Below are positions 11,761 through 24,900 of a DNA stretch of 64,000 bases, in pieces (the first letter of the stretch is position 1; each line of letters opens with the position of its first letter). Position numbers and translations under genes: made by a program. The notes under the pieces are model-generated. The model was not told the DNA's origin. It saw only the letters and a program-made list of their open reading frames with translations, and ran no database searches. Origin of the DNA: Amphiscolops sp. MND2022 (taxonomy: Eukaryota); contig OZ076409.1 of NCBI GenBank assembly GCA_964187785.1, positions 15,316,001 to 15,380,000 on the forward strand, in the 5' to 3' direction.

Positions 11761-13182
11761 TAATTTTTTTTAAACTTTTGTCAGCGTGCACAGTCTTTCA
11801 AAAGCACTGGATTATTTTTTTCAATTAGTGGTGCGCCTAAAACCACTGTTTCGCAAGATATCGTGGTCTAGATGTTGCGTTGGTGGTTAGGTTTGGTATA
11901 GCGTTGCTCTGGTATCTTTGGGTTCGGTCCCCGGGGATGGAATGTTCCGCACTTGAATTGATGGAGTTTTTTTGCTTACACTTAACGTGGTTGTTTAATT
12001 CGACAAAAAGCGAATATAGCTTTCTGGATTCGCCCAAAAATTAGAATTGGAATGCTTAGTTTGGAAGCGGCAAAATTTTTCAACATAGGGATTTTTGGAC
12101 TCTTTCCAATAACGTTGTCCATTTTTTCACATCTTTTCAACAGTCAATGGCGTAGTGGTTGCGAGTTAGATTTCCTTTCCAAAGTGTTGAGGTAGTTTCC
12201 CTCTATCAAAACTTTTTCAAAAACTTAGTCAGCTTGGACAGTCTTTCAAAAGCACTGGATTATTCTTTTCCCTTAGTGGTACGCCTAAAACCACTGTTTC
12301 GCAAGATATCGTAGCCCAGAGGTTGCATTGGTGGTTAGGTTTGGTATAGCGTTGTTCTGGTATCTTTGGGTTCGTTCCCCGGGGATGGAATATGTTCCGC
12401 ACTTGAATTGATAGTTTTATTGCTTACACCCAACTTGGTTGTTTACTTCGACACATACCGAATATAGCATTCTAAATTCGTCCATAATTTGAATTGGAAT
12501 GCTTACTTTGGAAGCGGCAAATTTTCCAGCATAGGGCTTTTTGGGCTCTTTCCATTAACGTTGTCCTGTTTTTCACAGCTTTTCAACAGTCAATGGCGTA
12601 GTGTTTGCGTGTTAGATTTCCATTCCAAATTCTTGAGTTCGTTTCCCTCAATCAAAACTTTTTCAAATACTTAGTCAGCTTGGACAGTCTTTCAAAAGCA
12701 CTGGATTTTTCTTTTCCCTTAGTGGTACGCCTAAAACCACTGTTTCGCAAGATATCGTAGCCTAGAGGTTGCGTTGGTGGTTAGGTTTGGTATAGCGTTG
12801 TTCAGGTATCTTTGGGTTCGGTCCCCGGGGATGGAATTTGTTCCCACTTGAACTGATAGTGTTATTGCTTACACCCAACTTGGATGTTTAATTCGACACA
12901 TACCGAATATAGCATTCTGAATTGGAATGCTTAGTTTGGAAGCGACAAAATTTTCAACATAGGGATTTTTGAACTCTTTCCAATAACGTTGTCCATTTTT
13001 TCACATCTTTTCAACAGTCAATGGCGTAGTGGTTGCGTGTTAGATTTCCATTCCAAAGTCTTGAGTTCGTTTCCCTCAATCAAAACTTTTTCAAAAACTT
13101 AGTCAGCTTGGACAGTCTTTCAAAAGCACTGGATTATTCTTTTCCCTCAGTGGTGCGCCTAAAACGACTGTTTCGCAAGATA

Positions 13183-13262
13183 TCGTGGCCTAGAGGTTGC
13201 GTTGGTGGTTAGGTTTGGTGGAGCGTTGTTCTGGTATCTTTGGGTTCGGTCCCCGGGGATGG
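13183..13262 (+). pseudogene. tRNA-like module 2 of the satellite monomer (example)
   Basis: A-box-like TGGCCTAGAGG and B-box-like GGTTCGGTCC (GGTTCGATCC in some monomers) with longer spacing. Confidence 0.5.
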
Positions 13263-16200
13263 CACTTGTTCCTCACTTGAATTGATAGAGTTTTACTGCT
13301 TACACCCAACGTGGTTGTTCAATTCGACACATACCGAAAATAGCTTTCTGAATTCGTCCAAATTTAGAATTGGAATGCTTACTTTGGAAGCGACAAATTT
13401 TTCAACATAGGGATTTTTGAACTCTTTCCAATAACGTTGTCCATTTTTTCACATTTTTTCGACAGTCAATGGCGTAGTGGTTGCGTGTTAGATTTCCATT
13501 CCAAAGTCTTGAGTTCGTTTCCCCCAATCAGAACTTTTTCAAAAACTTAGTCAGCTTGGACAGTCTTTCAAAAGCACTGGGTTATTCTTTTCCCTCAGTG
13601 GTGCGCCTAAAACCACTGTTTCGCAAGATATCGTGGCCTAGAGGTTGCGTTGGTGGTTAGGTTTGGTGGAGCGTTGTTCTGGTATCTTTGGGTTCGGTCC
13701 CCGGGGATGGCATTTGTATCTCACTTGAATTGATAGAGTTTTACTGCTTACACCCAACGTCGTTGTTTAATTCGACACATACCGAATATGGCTTTCTGAA
13801 TTCGTCCAAAATTAGAATTGGAATGCTTACTTTGGAAGCGGCAAATTTTTCAACATAGGGATTTTTGGACTCTGTCCAATGACGTTGTCCTTTTTTCCAC
13901 ATCTTTTCAACACAGCAATGGCGTAGTGGTTGCGTGTTAGATTTCCATTCCATTGTCTTGAGTTCGTTTCTCTCAATCAAAAATTTTTTAAAAACTTAGT
14001 CAGCTTGGACAGTCTTTCAAAAGCACTGGATTATTCTACTCCCTTAGTGGTACGCCTAAAACCACTGTTTCGCAAGATATCGTAGCCTAGAGGTTACGTT
14101 GGTGGTTAGGTTTGGTATAGCGTTTTTCAGGTATCTTTGGGTTCGGTCCCCGGGGATGGAATATGTTCCCACTTGAATTGATAGTGTTATTGCTTACACA
14201 CAACTTGGATGTTTAATTCGACACATACCGAATATAGCATTCTGATTTCGTCCACAATTTGAATTGGAATGCTTAGTTTGGAAGCAACGAAATTTTCAAC
14301 ATAGGGGTTTCTGAACTCTTTCCAATAACGTTGTCCAATTTTTCACATCTTTTCAACAGTCAATGTCGTAGTGGTTGCGTGTTAGATTTCCATTCCAAAG
14401 TCTTGAGTTCGTTTCCCTCAATCAAAACTTTTTCAAAAACTTAGTCAGCTTGGACAGTCTTTCAAAAGCACTGGATTATTCTTTTCCCTCAGTGGTGCGC
14501 CTAAAACGACTGTTTCGCAAGATATCGTGGCCTAGAGGTTGCGTTGGTGGTTAGGTTTGGTGGAGCGTTGTTCTGGTATCTTTGGGTTCGGTCCCCGGGG
14601 ATGGCACTTGTTCCTCACTTGAATTGATAGAGTTTTACTGCTTACACCCAACGTGGTTGTTTAATTCGACACATATCGATTATAGCTTTCTGAATTCGTC
14701 CAAATTTAGAATTGGAATGCTTACTTTGGAAGCGACAAAATTTTCAACATAGGGATTTTTGAACTCTTTCCAATAACGTTGTCCATTTTTTCACATCTTT
14801 TCGACAGTCAATGGCGTAGTGGTTGCGTGTTAGATTTCCATTCCAATGTCTTGAGTTCGATTCCATCAATCAAAACTTTTTCAAAAACTTAGTCAGCTTG
14901 GACAGTCTTTCAAAAGCATTGGATTATTCTTTTTCCTCAGTGGTGCGCCTAAAACGACTGTTTCGCAAGATATCGTGGTCTAGAGGTTGCGTTGGTGGTT
15001 AGGTTTGATGGAGCGTTGTTCTGGTATCTTTGGGTTCGGTCCCCGGGGATAGCATTTGTTCCTCACTTGAATTGATAGAGTTTTACTGCTTACACCCAAC
15101 GTGGTTGTTCAATTCGACACATACCGAAAATAGCTTTCTGAATTCGTCCAAATTTAGAATTGGAATGCTTACTTTGGAAGCGACAAATTTTTCAACATAG
15201 GGATTTTTGAACTCTTTCCAATAACGTTGTCCATTTTTTCAGCTTTTTTCGACAGTCAATGGCGTAGTGGTTGCGTGTTAGATTTCCATTCCAAAGTCTT
15301 GAGTTCGTTTCCCCCAATCAGAACTTTTTCAAAAACTTAGTCAGCTTGGACAGTCTTTCAAAAGCACTGGGTTATTCTTTTCCCTCAGTGGTGCGCCTAA
15401 AACCACTGTTTCGCAAGATATCGTGGCCTAGAGGTTGCGTTGGTGGTTAGGTTTGGTGGAGCGTTGTTCTGGTATCTTTGGGTTCGGTCCCCGGGGATGG
15501 CATTTGTATCTCACTTGAATTGATAGAGTTTTACTGCTTACACCCAACGTCGTTGTTTAATTCGACACATACCGAATATGGCTTTCTGAATTCGTCCAAA
15601 ATTAGAATTGGAATGCTTACTTTGGAAGCGGCAAATTTTTCAACATAGGGATTTTTGGACTCTGTCCAATGACGTTGTCCTTTTTTCCACATCTTTTCAA
15701 CACAGCAATGGCGTAGTGGTTGCGTGTTAGATTTCCATTCCATTGTCTTGAGTTCGTTTCTCTCAATCAAAAATTTTTTAAAAACTTAGTCAGCTTGGAC
15801 AGTCTTTCAAAAGCACTGGATTATTCTACTCCCTTAGTGGTACGCCTAAAACCACTGTTTCGCAAGATATCGTAGCCTAGAGGTTGCGTTGGTGGTTAGG
15901 TTTGGTATAGCGTTTTTCAGGTATCTTTGGGTTCGGTCCCCGGGGATGGAATATGTTCCCACTTGAATTGATAGTGTTATTGCTTACACACAACTTGGAT
16001 GTTTAATTCGACACATACCGAATATAGCATTCTGATTTCGTCCACAATTTGAATTGGAATGCTTAGTTTGGAAGCAACGAAAATTTCAACATAGGGATTT
16101 TTGAACTCTTTCCAATAACGTTGTCCTTTTTTTCACATCTTTTCAACAGTCAATGGCGTAGTGGTTGCGTGTTAGATTTCCATTCCAAAGTCTTGAGTTC

Positions 16201-19064
16201 GTTTCCCTCAATCAAAATTTTTTCAAAAACTTAGTCAGCTTGGACAGTCTTTCAAAAGCACTGAATTATTCTTTTCCATCAGTGGTGCGCCTAAAACCAC
16301 TGTTTCGCAAGATATCGTGGCCTAGAGGTTGCGTTGGTGGTTAGGTTTGGTGGAGCGTTGTTCTGGTATCTTTGGGTTCGGTCCCCGGGGATAGCATTTG
16401 TTCCTCACTTGAATTGATAGAGTTTTACTGCTTACACCCAACGTGGTTGTTCAATTCGACACATACCGAAAATAGCTTTCTGAATTCGTCCAAATTTAGA
16501 ATTGGAATGCTTACTTTGGAAGCGACAAATTTTTCAACATAGGGATTTTTGAACTCTTTCCAATAACGTTGTCCATTTTTTCAGCTTTTTTCGACAGTCA
16601 ATGGCGTAGTGGTTGCGTGTTAGATTTCCATTCCAAAGTCTTGAGTTCGTTTCCCCCAATCAGAACTTTTTCAAAAACTTAGTCAGCTTGGACAGTCTTT
16701 CAAAAGCACTGGGTTATTCTTTTCCCTCAGTGGTGCGCCTAAAACCACTGTTTCGCAAGATATCGTAGCCTAGAGGTTGCGTTGGTGGTTAGGTTTGGTA
16801 TAGCGTTTTTCAGGTATCTTTGGGTTCGGTCCCCGGGGATGGAATATGTTCCCACTTGAATTGATAGTGTTATTGCTTACACACAACTTGGATGTTTAAT
16901 TCGACACATACCGAATATAGCATTCTGATTTCGTCCACAATTTGAATTGGAATGCTTAGTTTGGAAGCAACGAAAATTTCAACATAGGGATTTTTGAACT
17001 CTTTCCAATAACGTTGTCCATTTTTTCACATCTTTTCAACAGTCAATGGCGTAGTGGTTGCGTGTTAGATTTCCATTCCAAAGTCTTGAGTTCGTTTCCC
17101 TCAATCAAAATTTTTTCAAAAACTTAGTCAGCTTGGACAGTCTTTCAAAAGCACTGAATTATTCTTTTCCATCAGTGGTGCGCCTAAAACCACTGTTTCG
17201 CAAGATATCGTGGCCTAGAGGTTGCGTTGGTGGTTAGGTTTGGTGGAGCGTTGTTCTGGTATCTTTGGGTTCGGTCCCCGGGGATGGCATTTGTTCCTCA
17301 CTTGAATTGATAGAATTTTACTGCTTACACCCAACGTAGTTGTTTAATTCGACACATAACGAATATAGCTTTCTGAATTCGTCCAAAATTAGAATTGGAA
17401 TGCTTTTTTTGGAAGCGGCAACTTTTTCAACATAGGGATTTTTGGACTCTGTCCAATAATGTTGTCCATTTTTTCACATCTTTTCAACAGGCAATGGAGT
17501 AGTGGTTGCGTGTTAGATTTCCATTCCAATGTCTTGAGTTCGATTCCCTCAATCAAAAATTTTAAAAAAAATTTGTCAGCGTGGAAAGTCTTTCGAAAGC
17601 ACTGGAATATTCTTTTACCTTAGTGGTGCGCATAAAACCGCTGTTTCGCAAGATATCGTTGCCTAGAGGTTGCGTTGGTGGTTAGGTTTGGTATAGCGTT
17701 GTTCTGGTATCTTTGGGTTCGGTCCCTGGGGAAGGAATATGTCCCGCACTTGAATTCATAGTGTTATTTCTTACACCCAACTTGGTTGTTCACTTCGACA
17801 AATACCGAATATAGCATTCTGTATTCGTCCATAATTTGAATTGGAATGCTTAGTTTGGAAGCGGCGAAATTTTCAACATAGGGATTTTTGGACTCTTTCC
17901 AATAACGTTGTCCATTTTTTCACATCTTTTCAACAGTCAATGGCGTAGTGGTTGCGTGTTAGATTTCCATTCCAATGTCTTGAGTTATATTCACTCAATC
18001 ATAATTTTTTTTAAAAACTTTGTCAGCGTGCACAGTCTTTTAAAAGAACTGGATTTTTCTTTTCCCTTAGTGGTGCGCCTAAAACCAATGTTTCGCAAGA
18101 TATTGTGACCTAGAGGTTGCGTGGTGGTCAGGTTCGCTCGTGTGTTATTTTGGTACATTTAGGTTCGATTCCCGGGATGGACTTGGATACGCACTTGATT
18201 TGATAGTTTGGTTTTGCTTTCACCCAATTTGGTTGTTCCACACGTCAAGACTCTAAGTGCTTTTATAAACCAAAATCCATGTGCTTTTGGGAAAAAGTAC
18301 GTCCACTATCGCGGAGTTTTAATCAACAACCGATAGCGTAGAGGTTGCGTATCAGATTCTCATTCCAATGTCTAGCGTTCGATCCCCTATATCGATTTGT
18401 TTTTCAAACTTTGAACAATGAACAGTCTTTCAAAAGCACTGAATTTTTCTTTTTTCTCAGTGGTGAGCTAAATGCCACTGTTTCGCAAGATATCGTGGCC
18501 TAAAATTATTTACGTTGGTGGATTGGATCGTTAGAGTTCTTATGTGTTTGTTGTCTAGCTTTGTCTTTTTCGAAGCGCTCTGAAGGAATAGTTAAGATCT
18601 TACAGGCCTTTGAAATCCATGACCTGGGTGTTTTCAGGGGAGATGTCCACCATCATCAACCGATAGCGTAGAGGTTACGTACTAGCCTCTCATTTCAATG
18701 TCTTGAGTTCGATTCTCTCTAGCAACTTTGTTTTTCAAACTTCTCTTTCCCTCATCCAATGGTAAGTCCACTATCACATAGCTGCAACCAACAGTGGATG
18801 GTGAAGAGGTCGTGTACTAGGCTCTCATAACAACTGCTTGAGTTCGAAACCCTCAATCAACTTTTTTTTCGCAGAATGTCATCGTGCTTCTGGAACATTG
18901 TCTGCAAAGTTAAACCACGTTTTTTGACAAAGTCAATAAAGTCCACGAAATCAAGTGCAGACATTCAGTCAACATTCCATAGAAGGCAGAAACAATTTCA
19001 AAGTTCGTGGTAGTTTGAGATTTTTTCCAATGCAGTTATACATTCGTTTCCATTAAATAGGATC

Positions 19065-21985
19065 CTCAATCAAAACTTTTTTAAAGACGTTGTCAGCGTG
19101 GACAGTCTTTCAAAAGCACTGGATTATTCTTTTCCCTCAGTGGTGCGCCTAAAACCGCTGTTTCGCAAGATATCGTGGCCTAGAGGTTGCGTTGGTGGTT
19201 AGGTTTGGTGGAGCGTTGTTCTGGTATCTTTGGGTTCGGTCCCCGGGGATGGCATTTGTTCCTCACTTGAATTGATAGAGTTTTACTGCTTACACCCAAC
19301 GTGGTTGTTTAATTCGACACATACCGAATATAGCTTTCTGAATTCGTCCAAAATTAGAATTGGAATGCTTACTTTGGAAGCGGCAAATTTTTTAACATAG
19401 GAATTTTTGGACTCTGTCCAATAACGTTGTCCATTTTTTCACATCTTTTCAACAGTCAATGGCGTAGTGGTTACGTGTTAGATTTCCATTCCAAAGTCTT
19501 GAGTTCGTTTCCCTCAATCAAAATTTTTTCAAAAAATTAGTCAGCTTGGACAGTCTTTCAAAAGCACTGGATTATTCTTTTCCCTCAGTGGTGCGCCTAA
19601 AACCATTGTTTTGCAAGATATCGTGGCCTAGAGGTTGCGTTGGTGGTTAGGTTTGGTGGAGCGTTGTTCTGGTATCTTTGGGTTCGGTCCCCGGGGATGG
19701 CATTTGTTCCTCACTTGATTTGATAGAGTTTTACTGCTTACACCCAACGTGGTTGTTTAATTCGACACATACCGAATATAGCTTTCTGAAGTCGTCCAAA
19801 ACTGAAAATGAAATGCTTACTTTGGAAGCGGCAAATTTTTCAACATAGGGATTTTTGGATTCTTTCCAATCACATTGTCCCTTTTTTCACATCTTTTCAA
19901 CAGTCAATGGCGTAGTGGTTGCGTGTTAGATTTCCATTTTAATGTCTTGAGTTCGATTCCCTCAATCAAAACTTTTTTAAAAACGTTGTCAGCGTGGACA
20001 GTTTTTCAGAAGCACTGGATTATTCTTTTCCCTTAGTGGTGCGCCTTAAACCACTGTTTCGCAAGATATCGTAGCCTAGAGGTTGCGTTGGGATTAGGTT
20101 TGGTATAGCGTTGTTCTGGTATTTTGGGTTCCGTCCCCGGGGATGGAATTTGTTCCGCACTTGAATTGATAGAGTGTTATTGCTTACACCCAACGTGGTT
20201 GTTTAATTCGACACATACCGAATATAGCTTTCTGATTTCGTCCAAAGTTTTAATTAGAATGCATACTTTGGAAGTGGCAAATTTTTCAACATAGGGAATT
20301 TTGGACTCTTTCCATTCACATTGTCCCTTTTTTCACATCTTTTCAACAGTCAATGGCGTAGTGGTTGCGTGTTAGATTTCCATTTCAATGTCTTGAGTTC
20401 GATTCCCTCAATCAAAACTTTTTAAAAACGTTGTCAGCGTGGACAGTTTTTCAGAAGCACTGGATTATTCTTTTCCCTTAGTGGTGCGCCTTAAACCTTT
20501 GTTTCGCAAGATATCGTAGCCTAGAGGTTGCGTTTGGATTAGGTTTGGTATAGAGTTGTTCTGGTATTTTGGGTTCCGTCCCCGGGGATGGAATTTGTTC
20601 CGCACTTGAATTGATAGAGTGTTATTGCTTACACCCAACTTGGATGTTTTATTCGACACATACCGAATATAGCTTTCTGAATTCGTCCAAAATTAGAATT
20701 GGAATGCTTACTTTGGAAGCGGCAAATTTTTCAACATAGGGATTTTTGGACTCTGTCCAAAAACATTGTCCATTTTTTCACATCTTTTCAACAGGCAATG
20801 GAATAGTGGTTGCGTGTTAGATTTCCATTCCAATGTCTTGAGTTCGATTCCCTCAATCAAAACTTTTTAAAAAACTTAGTCAGCGTGGAAAGTCTTTAGA
20901 AAGCACTGGAATATTCTTTGCCCTTAGTGGTGCGCATAAAACCACTGTTTCGCAAGATATCGTGGCCTAGAGGTTGCGTTGGTGGTTAGGTTTGGTATAG
21001 CGTTGTTCTGGTATCTTGGGTTCGGTCCCCGGGGATGGAATTTGTTCCGCACTTGAATTGATAGAGTGTTATTGCTTACACCCAACGTGGTTGTTTAATT
21101 CGACACATACCGAATATAGCTTTCTGAAGTCGTCCAAAACTGAAAATGAAATGCTTACTTTGGAAGCGGCAAATTTTTCAACATAGGGATTTTTGGATTC
21201 TTTCCAATCACATTGTCCCTTTTTTCACATCTTTTCAACAGTCAATGGCGTAGTGGTTGCGTGTTAGATTTCCATTTTAATGTCTTGAGTTCGATTCCCT
21301 CAATCAAAACTTTTTTAAAAACGTTGTCAGCGTGGACAGTTTTTCAGAAGCACTGGATTATTCTTTTCCCTTAGTGGTGCGCCTTAAACCACTGTTTCGC
21401 AAGATATCGTAGCCTAGAGGTTGCGTTGGGATTAGGTTTGGTATAGCGTTGTTCTGGTATTTTGGGTTCCGTCCCCGGGGATGGAATTTGTTCCGCACTT
21501 GAATTGATAGAGTGTTATTGCTTACACCCAACGTGGTTGTTTAATTCGACACATACCGAACATAGTTTTCTGAATTCGTCCAATTTTTGAATTGGAAAGC
21601 TTACTTTGGAAGCGGCAAAAATTTCAACATAGGGATTTTTGGACTCTTTCCAATAACGTTGTACATTTTTTCACGTCTTTTCAACAGTCCATGGCGTAGT
21701 GGTTGCGTGTTAGATTTCCATTCCAATGTCTTGAGTTCGATTCCATCAATCAAAACTTTTCAAACAACGTTGTCAGCGTGGACAGTCTTTCGAAGGCACT
21801 GGAGTATTCTTTTCTCTTAGTGGTGCGCCTAAAACCACTGTTTCGCAAGATATTGTGGCCTAGAGGTTGCGTGGTGGTCAGGTTCGTTCGGGTGTTATTT
21901 CGGTACATTTGGGTTCGATTCCCTGGATGGACTTGGATACGCACTTGAGTTGATAGTTTGGTTTTGCTTCCACCCAAATTGGTTG
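19065..21985 (+). repeat. ~446-bp satellite, array B of element 1 (~6-7 monomers)
   Basis: Same monomer resumes after an ~820-bp interruption. Confidence 0.9.
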
Positions 21986-24900
21986 TTCAATTTAATTGTT
22001 GTATAATGGTTGTTCAATGGTTGTATAAAAGGAAATTCGTATGATAATTGAACACTAATAATTCCTTCTGACTTTGGCCTTTCCTTTGCTGAATTGCTCA
22101 AACGTCAAGACTCGAAATGCTTTTATAAACCAAAATCCATGTGCTTTTGGGAAAAAGGACGTCCACTATCAAGGAGTTTGAATCAACAACCGATAGCGTA
22201 GAGGTTGCGTATCAGATTCTCATTCCAATGTCTAGAATTCCTCTTTTGTTAAACCTTCCAAACCTTCTTCTGTTAAACATTTGACATTTGTCACTAATGG
22301 AGTTTCACTTGAACTCAGCTTCCAAATCTTTTGATTTTGAATTTTTGAAATCCACGTCGAAAAGATATGTGTAGTTTGTATAAACTAGATAGTTCATATT
22401 GGACACACTTGAAGGACCTGAAGTCAAATCACTTCAGTAACTCTTATTTGCTATATCTGAAATGAAGATGTGATCATCGAAAGACATTTCTTCAGAATGG
22501 AGTCCAGACAACAGACTATAGCGCGGAGGTAACGTAGTTGGCTCTTAGCCAGATGGCATTGTGTTCGAATTCCTCTACCACTTTTTTGTTCAACGATAAG
22601 ATGGAGCACAAGATCACTCTTTAGTCCAGATAAAACAGGCAATTAGTATTCAAAACTGCGTGTATTCGAAGAAGAGACGTCCACTATCACGGATCGCCAA
22701 TCCACCACTGATAGCGTAGAGGTTACGAACTAGGCTCTCATTACAGTGTCTTGAGATCGATTCTCTCTATAACTTTATTTTTCAAAACTTTGTCAGCGTG
22801 AACAACCTTTGAAAAGTTCTCGGGTTGTTTCATTCTTTTAGTGGCCAGACTGCATCCACTGTTTTGCATGATGTCAAGGCCTAGAAGCTGCCTTGGTGAT
22901 CAAGTTCGTTTAGGTATTGTTCGGGTATCTCTGGGTTCGATTCTCAATTGAAGGTATACGTAAACAAAAGTAGAGTCACAAAAACCTATATCCGAACAAG
23001 TTATTGTAAAGTAGTGACTTTTTACATCTGGGTACCTAAAGTCTGTGCTTAAAGTCGGAAACAATCGACATACAGTCGATGCATATTCTCCATGGCGCAC
23101 GTGTTGTCCACTATCACGCAGCTTGAATAAAAAACCGTTAGCGTAAAGGTTGCGTATCAAACGTTGCTTCCAATGCCTTGAGTTTGATCCCCTCTATCGA
23201 TCTTCTTCTTTCAAATATTGTCAGCGTCAACAGTCTTTCAAAAGTACTAATTTCAAAAGACTGCTCTTTTTTCTTAGTGGTTCCCTAACAACCACTGTGT
23301 TTCAAGATATCGTGGCCTAGAGGTTACGTTGGTGGATGATTTTGTTGGAGTGTTGTTCTGGTAGCTTTGTATTCGATCCCCGGGGTGGACATGCATCCAC
23401 ACTTGTGTTGGTACTTTGGTTTTCTTTTCACCCAGCATGGTTATTTAATTTGGCATTAATCATAAAGGCCAAACGCCGTTGAATAATTGAATACCAAACA
23501 TTCCTTTGGACTTTGCCTTTTCCTGTTCTGGATCTCGCAAACGTCAAGACTCTAAGAGCTTTTAGAAACCAAAATCCGGGTGTTTTTGCAAAAGAGGCGT
23601 CCACAATCACGGACCTTCAATCAACAAACAATAGCGTAGAGGTTGCGTGTCAGATTCTCATTCCAAAGCCTTGAGTTCGCTTCCCTCTATCAACATTGTT
23701 TTTCTATTTTTAGTTCACATTTTCCTATGCTAAATTCACTATTACATAGCTGCAATCAACAGGGGGTGGTGCAGAGGTTGTGTACTAGGCTCTCATAATA
23801 ATCGCTCGAGTTCGAAACCCTTTGTTCAACTTTTGTTTGGCAATGAATGCGATCGTGATTCTGCAACAATGTCACCGAAGTTAAACCACCTTTTCTGACG
23901 AAGTTTTCGACAGAAAAGTAATGACAAAATTAATTAACAAAAAAGAAGAGGACAGTCATTGGAAGGCAACACAAATTACAGCATGGAAGTTTTCGTGGAC
24001 ACCCTCGCCAATGGTTTTGTTTATTTTCTCCCATTTCTTCAATTTGACCCACTTTGCAACAGTTTCACTGAAGTTAAACCACTTTTTACGACAAAATGAA
24101 AACATGACATCACTCAGTGAAGATTCGAGTGATGGCGGCAACAGTTTCACCATGGGGGTTTGTTTGGACACTCTTTCCGATGGTGGCGTCCGTTTTTTCC
24201 AGTCTTTTCAATATGACCCCCTTTGCAAAACTGTCACCAAAGTTAAGCCACTTTTCTTGACAAAAACGCTACAACAGCGTAAAAATTTTGATGGAGCCTC
24301 TCTCTAACGTTGTTTTTTACTTTGTTCCATATGTTCAACCTGACTATTTTTGCAACACTGCTCCGATGCTAAAAACTGTTGTTTTGTGTTCTCTATCACA
24401 TAGCTGCAATCAATAATGGATGGTGCAGAGGTTGTGTACTAGGCTCTCATAACAATCGCTCGAGTTCGAGACCCTTTAGTCAACATTTGTTTTGCAAAGA
24501 ACGCGATCGTGATTCTGCAACGAAGGTAAACCACGTTTTTTGGAAAAGTCTAGAAACCACAAAGTTATGACCATACAATTCAACAAAAACGCAGAGAACA
24601 CTCATTGGATGGCACAAAAAAAACAGCATAGAAGGTTTCGTGGACACCCCTTTTCAATGGCAATGTCTATTTTCTTCCATTTGTTTTTCAATTTTACCCA
24701 TTTTGCAGCACGGTCACCTAAATTGAAGCTCACTTTTTGACAAAATGAACTAAGGCATAACTCAGTGAAATTTCCAAAGAACGCAGCAAAACTTTTACCA
24801 TGAGGATTTTACCGCTTTTTCCAATGCTGTTCTCCAATTTTTAACATTTTATCAATTTGACTCACTTTGCAAATCTGTCATCAAAGTTAAACCACGTTTC

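Larger units (their letters stand above)
10800..18240 (+). repeat. ~446-bp satellite, array A of element 1 (~16-17 monomers)
   Basis: Marker TGGCGTAGTG recurs at 11700, 12148, 12594, 13022, 13470... Confidence 0.93.
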
